Of a DNA stretch of 64,000 nt, positions 63,704 to 64,000 are shown in pieces. This DNA comes from Leptospiraceae bacterium (GTDB lineage Bacteria > Spirochaetota > Leptospiria > Leptospirales > Leptospiraceae). Location: positions 112,741 to 176,740 of the forward strand of contig JAKRSH010000026.1 of NCBI GenBank assembly GCA_022402465.1. The letters are read 5' to 3'. The position numbers and the translations under genes are program-made. Position 1 is the stretch's first letter, and each line of letters begins with the position of its first letter. The notes beneath the pieces are model-generated. The model ran no database searches. It was not told the origin of the DNA and saw only the letters and a list, made by a program, of their open reading frames with translations.

Positions 63704-64000
63704 ATGCCCATTTCTATATCCGACGATGACTATGAAATTAAAAAGCTAGCTGACTTCAGGCGAGGCTACCACTTCTTCCTCTCGCAATTCACAAGTCTTG
63801 CAACTGGGCTTCAGAACTTCTTTGCCTCCAATGGAATAAATGATGCGGTTAAACGTGAATTGCTTCCTTACAGAAAGCAATTGGATTCGGATATAGTCTC
63901 AACTATCAAAGTCGCCAAAGACCTGATGATTGAGTTGGATGAGAAGCATCTACAGCCTGCAGCTAGGAAAGATTCAATAAGTTATTTCCAAAATGGTAAT
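63704..64000 (+). CDS. hypothetical protein, 5' fragment running off the window
   Basis: The ATG at 63704 opens a frame that stays uninterrupted to the window end: MPISISDDDYEIKKLADFRRGYHFFLSQFTSLATGLQNFFASNGINDAVKRELLPYRKQLDSD... It is absent from the track because no stop is reached. Confidence 0.4.
   Translation, partial: MPISISDDDYEIKKLADFRRGYHFFLSQFTSLATGLQNFFASNGINDAVKRELLPYRKQLDSDIVSTIKVAKDLMIELDEKHLQPAARKDSISYFQNGN

Noticed and set aside
1-64000. Scan for CRISPR arrays, rRNA/tRNA genes, IS elements, integrases and prophage genes.
   Set aside because: All intergenic spacers are short, at most ~380 bp. I saw no regularly spaced direct repeats, no cloverleaf-like GC-rich segments, and no transposase/integrase/recombinase-like translations in the six-frame track. 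A tRNAscan/Infernal run would be needed for formal exclusion of small RNAs.

Overview
This is an AT-rich bacterial chromosomal window with about 50 tightly packed protein-coding genes. I can recognise no rRNA, tRNA, CRISPR array, transposase or integrase. The gene content points to a Leptospira-like spirochaete (inference): an LruC-domain lipoprotein, DUF1554 and DUF1566 lipoproteins, L-x-x-C lipoboxes, two 7TM-DISM/PP2C phosphatases, a class III adenylate cyclase and FecR-domain proteins. Core content includes a giant repeat-rich surface lipoprotein (1642-6000), an exbB-exbD-exbD-tonB-pstS-like operon (9722-12921) and a ClC channel. It also includes a retropepsin-like protease / inactive-transglutaminase-7TM / RimK-like ATP-grasp triad (14893-18019) and a five-gene cAMP/PilZ/PP2C signalling operon (34863-42754). 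Further on are a thiolase, ppnP, mazG, a MATE pump, corA, the alpha-2-macroglobulin/pbpC pair (51869-59238) and dinB. The stand-out accessory region is a ~7 kb minus-strand defence-type island at 21.5-28.4 kb. It holds a single-polypeptide type IIG restriction-modification enzyme whose stop overlaps the start of a PHP-phosphoesterase/ABC-ATPase fusion (Ppl-like architecture). Next to these, an ORF of 54 codons that is missing from the supplied track is translationally coupled (ATGA) to a 197-aa protein with a PARP-like H-G-T / G-x-G-I-Y-F motif pair, a candidate ADP-ribosyltransferase-type toxin-antitoxin module. All functional calls come from reading motifs in the supplied translations and the raw sequence; no database search or computation was possible.
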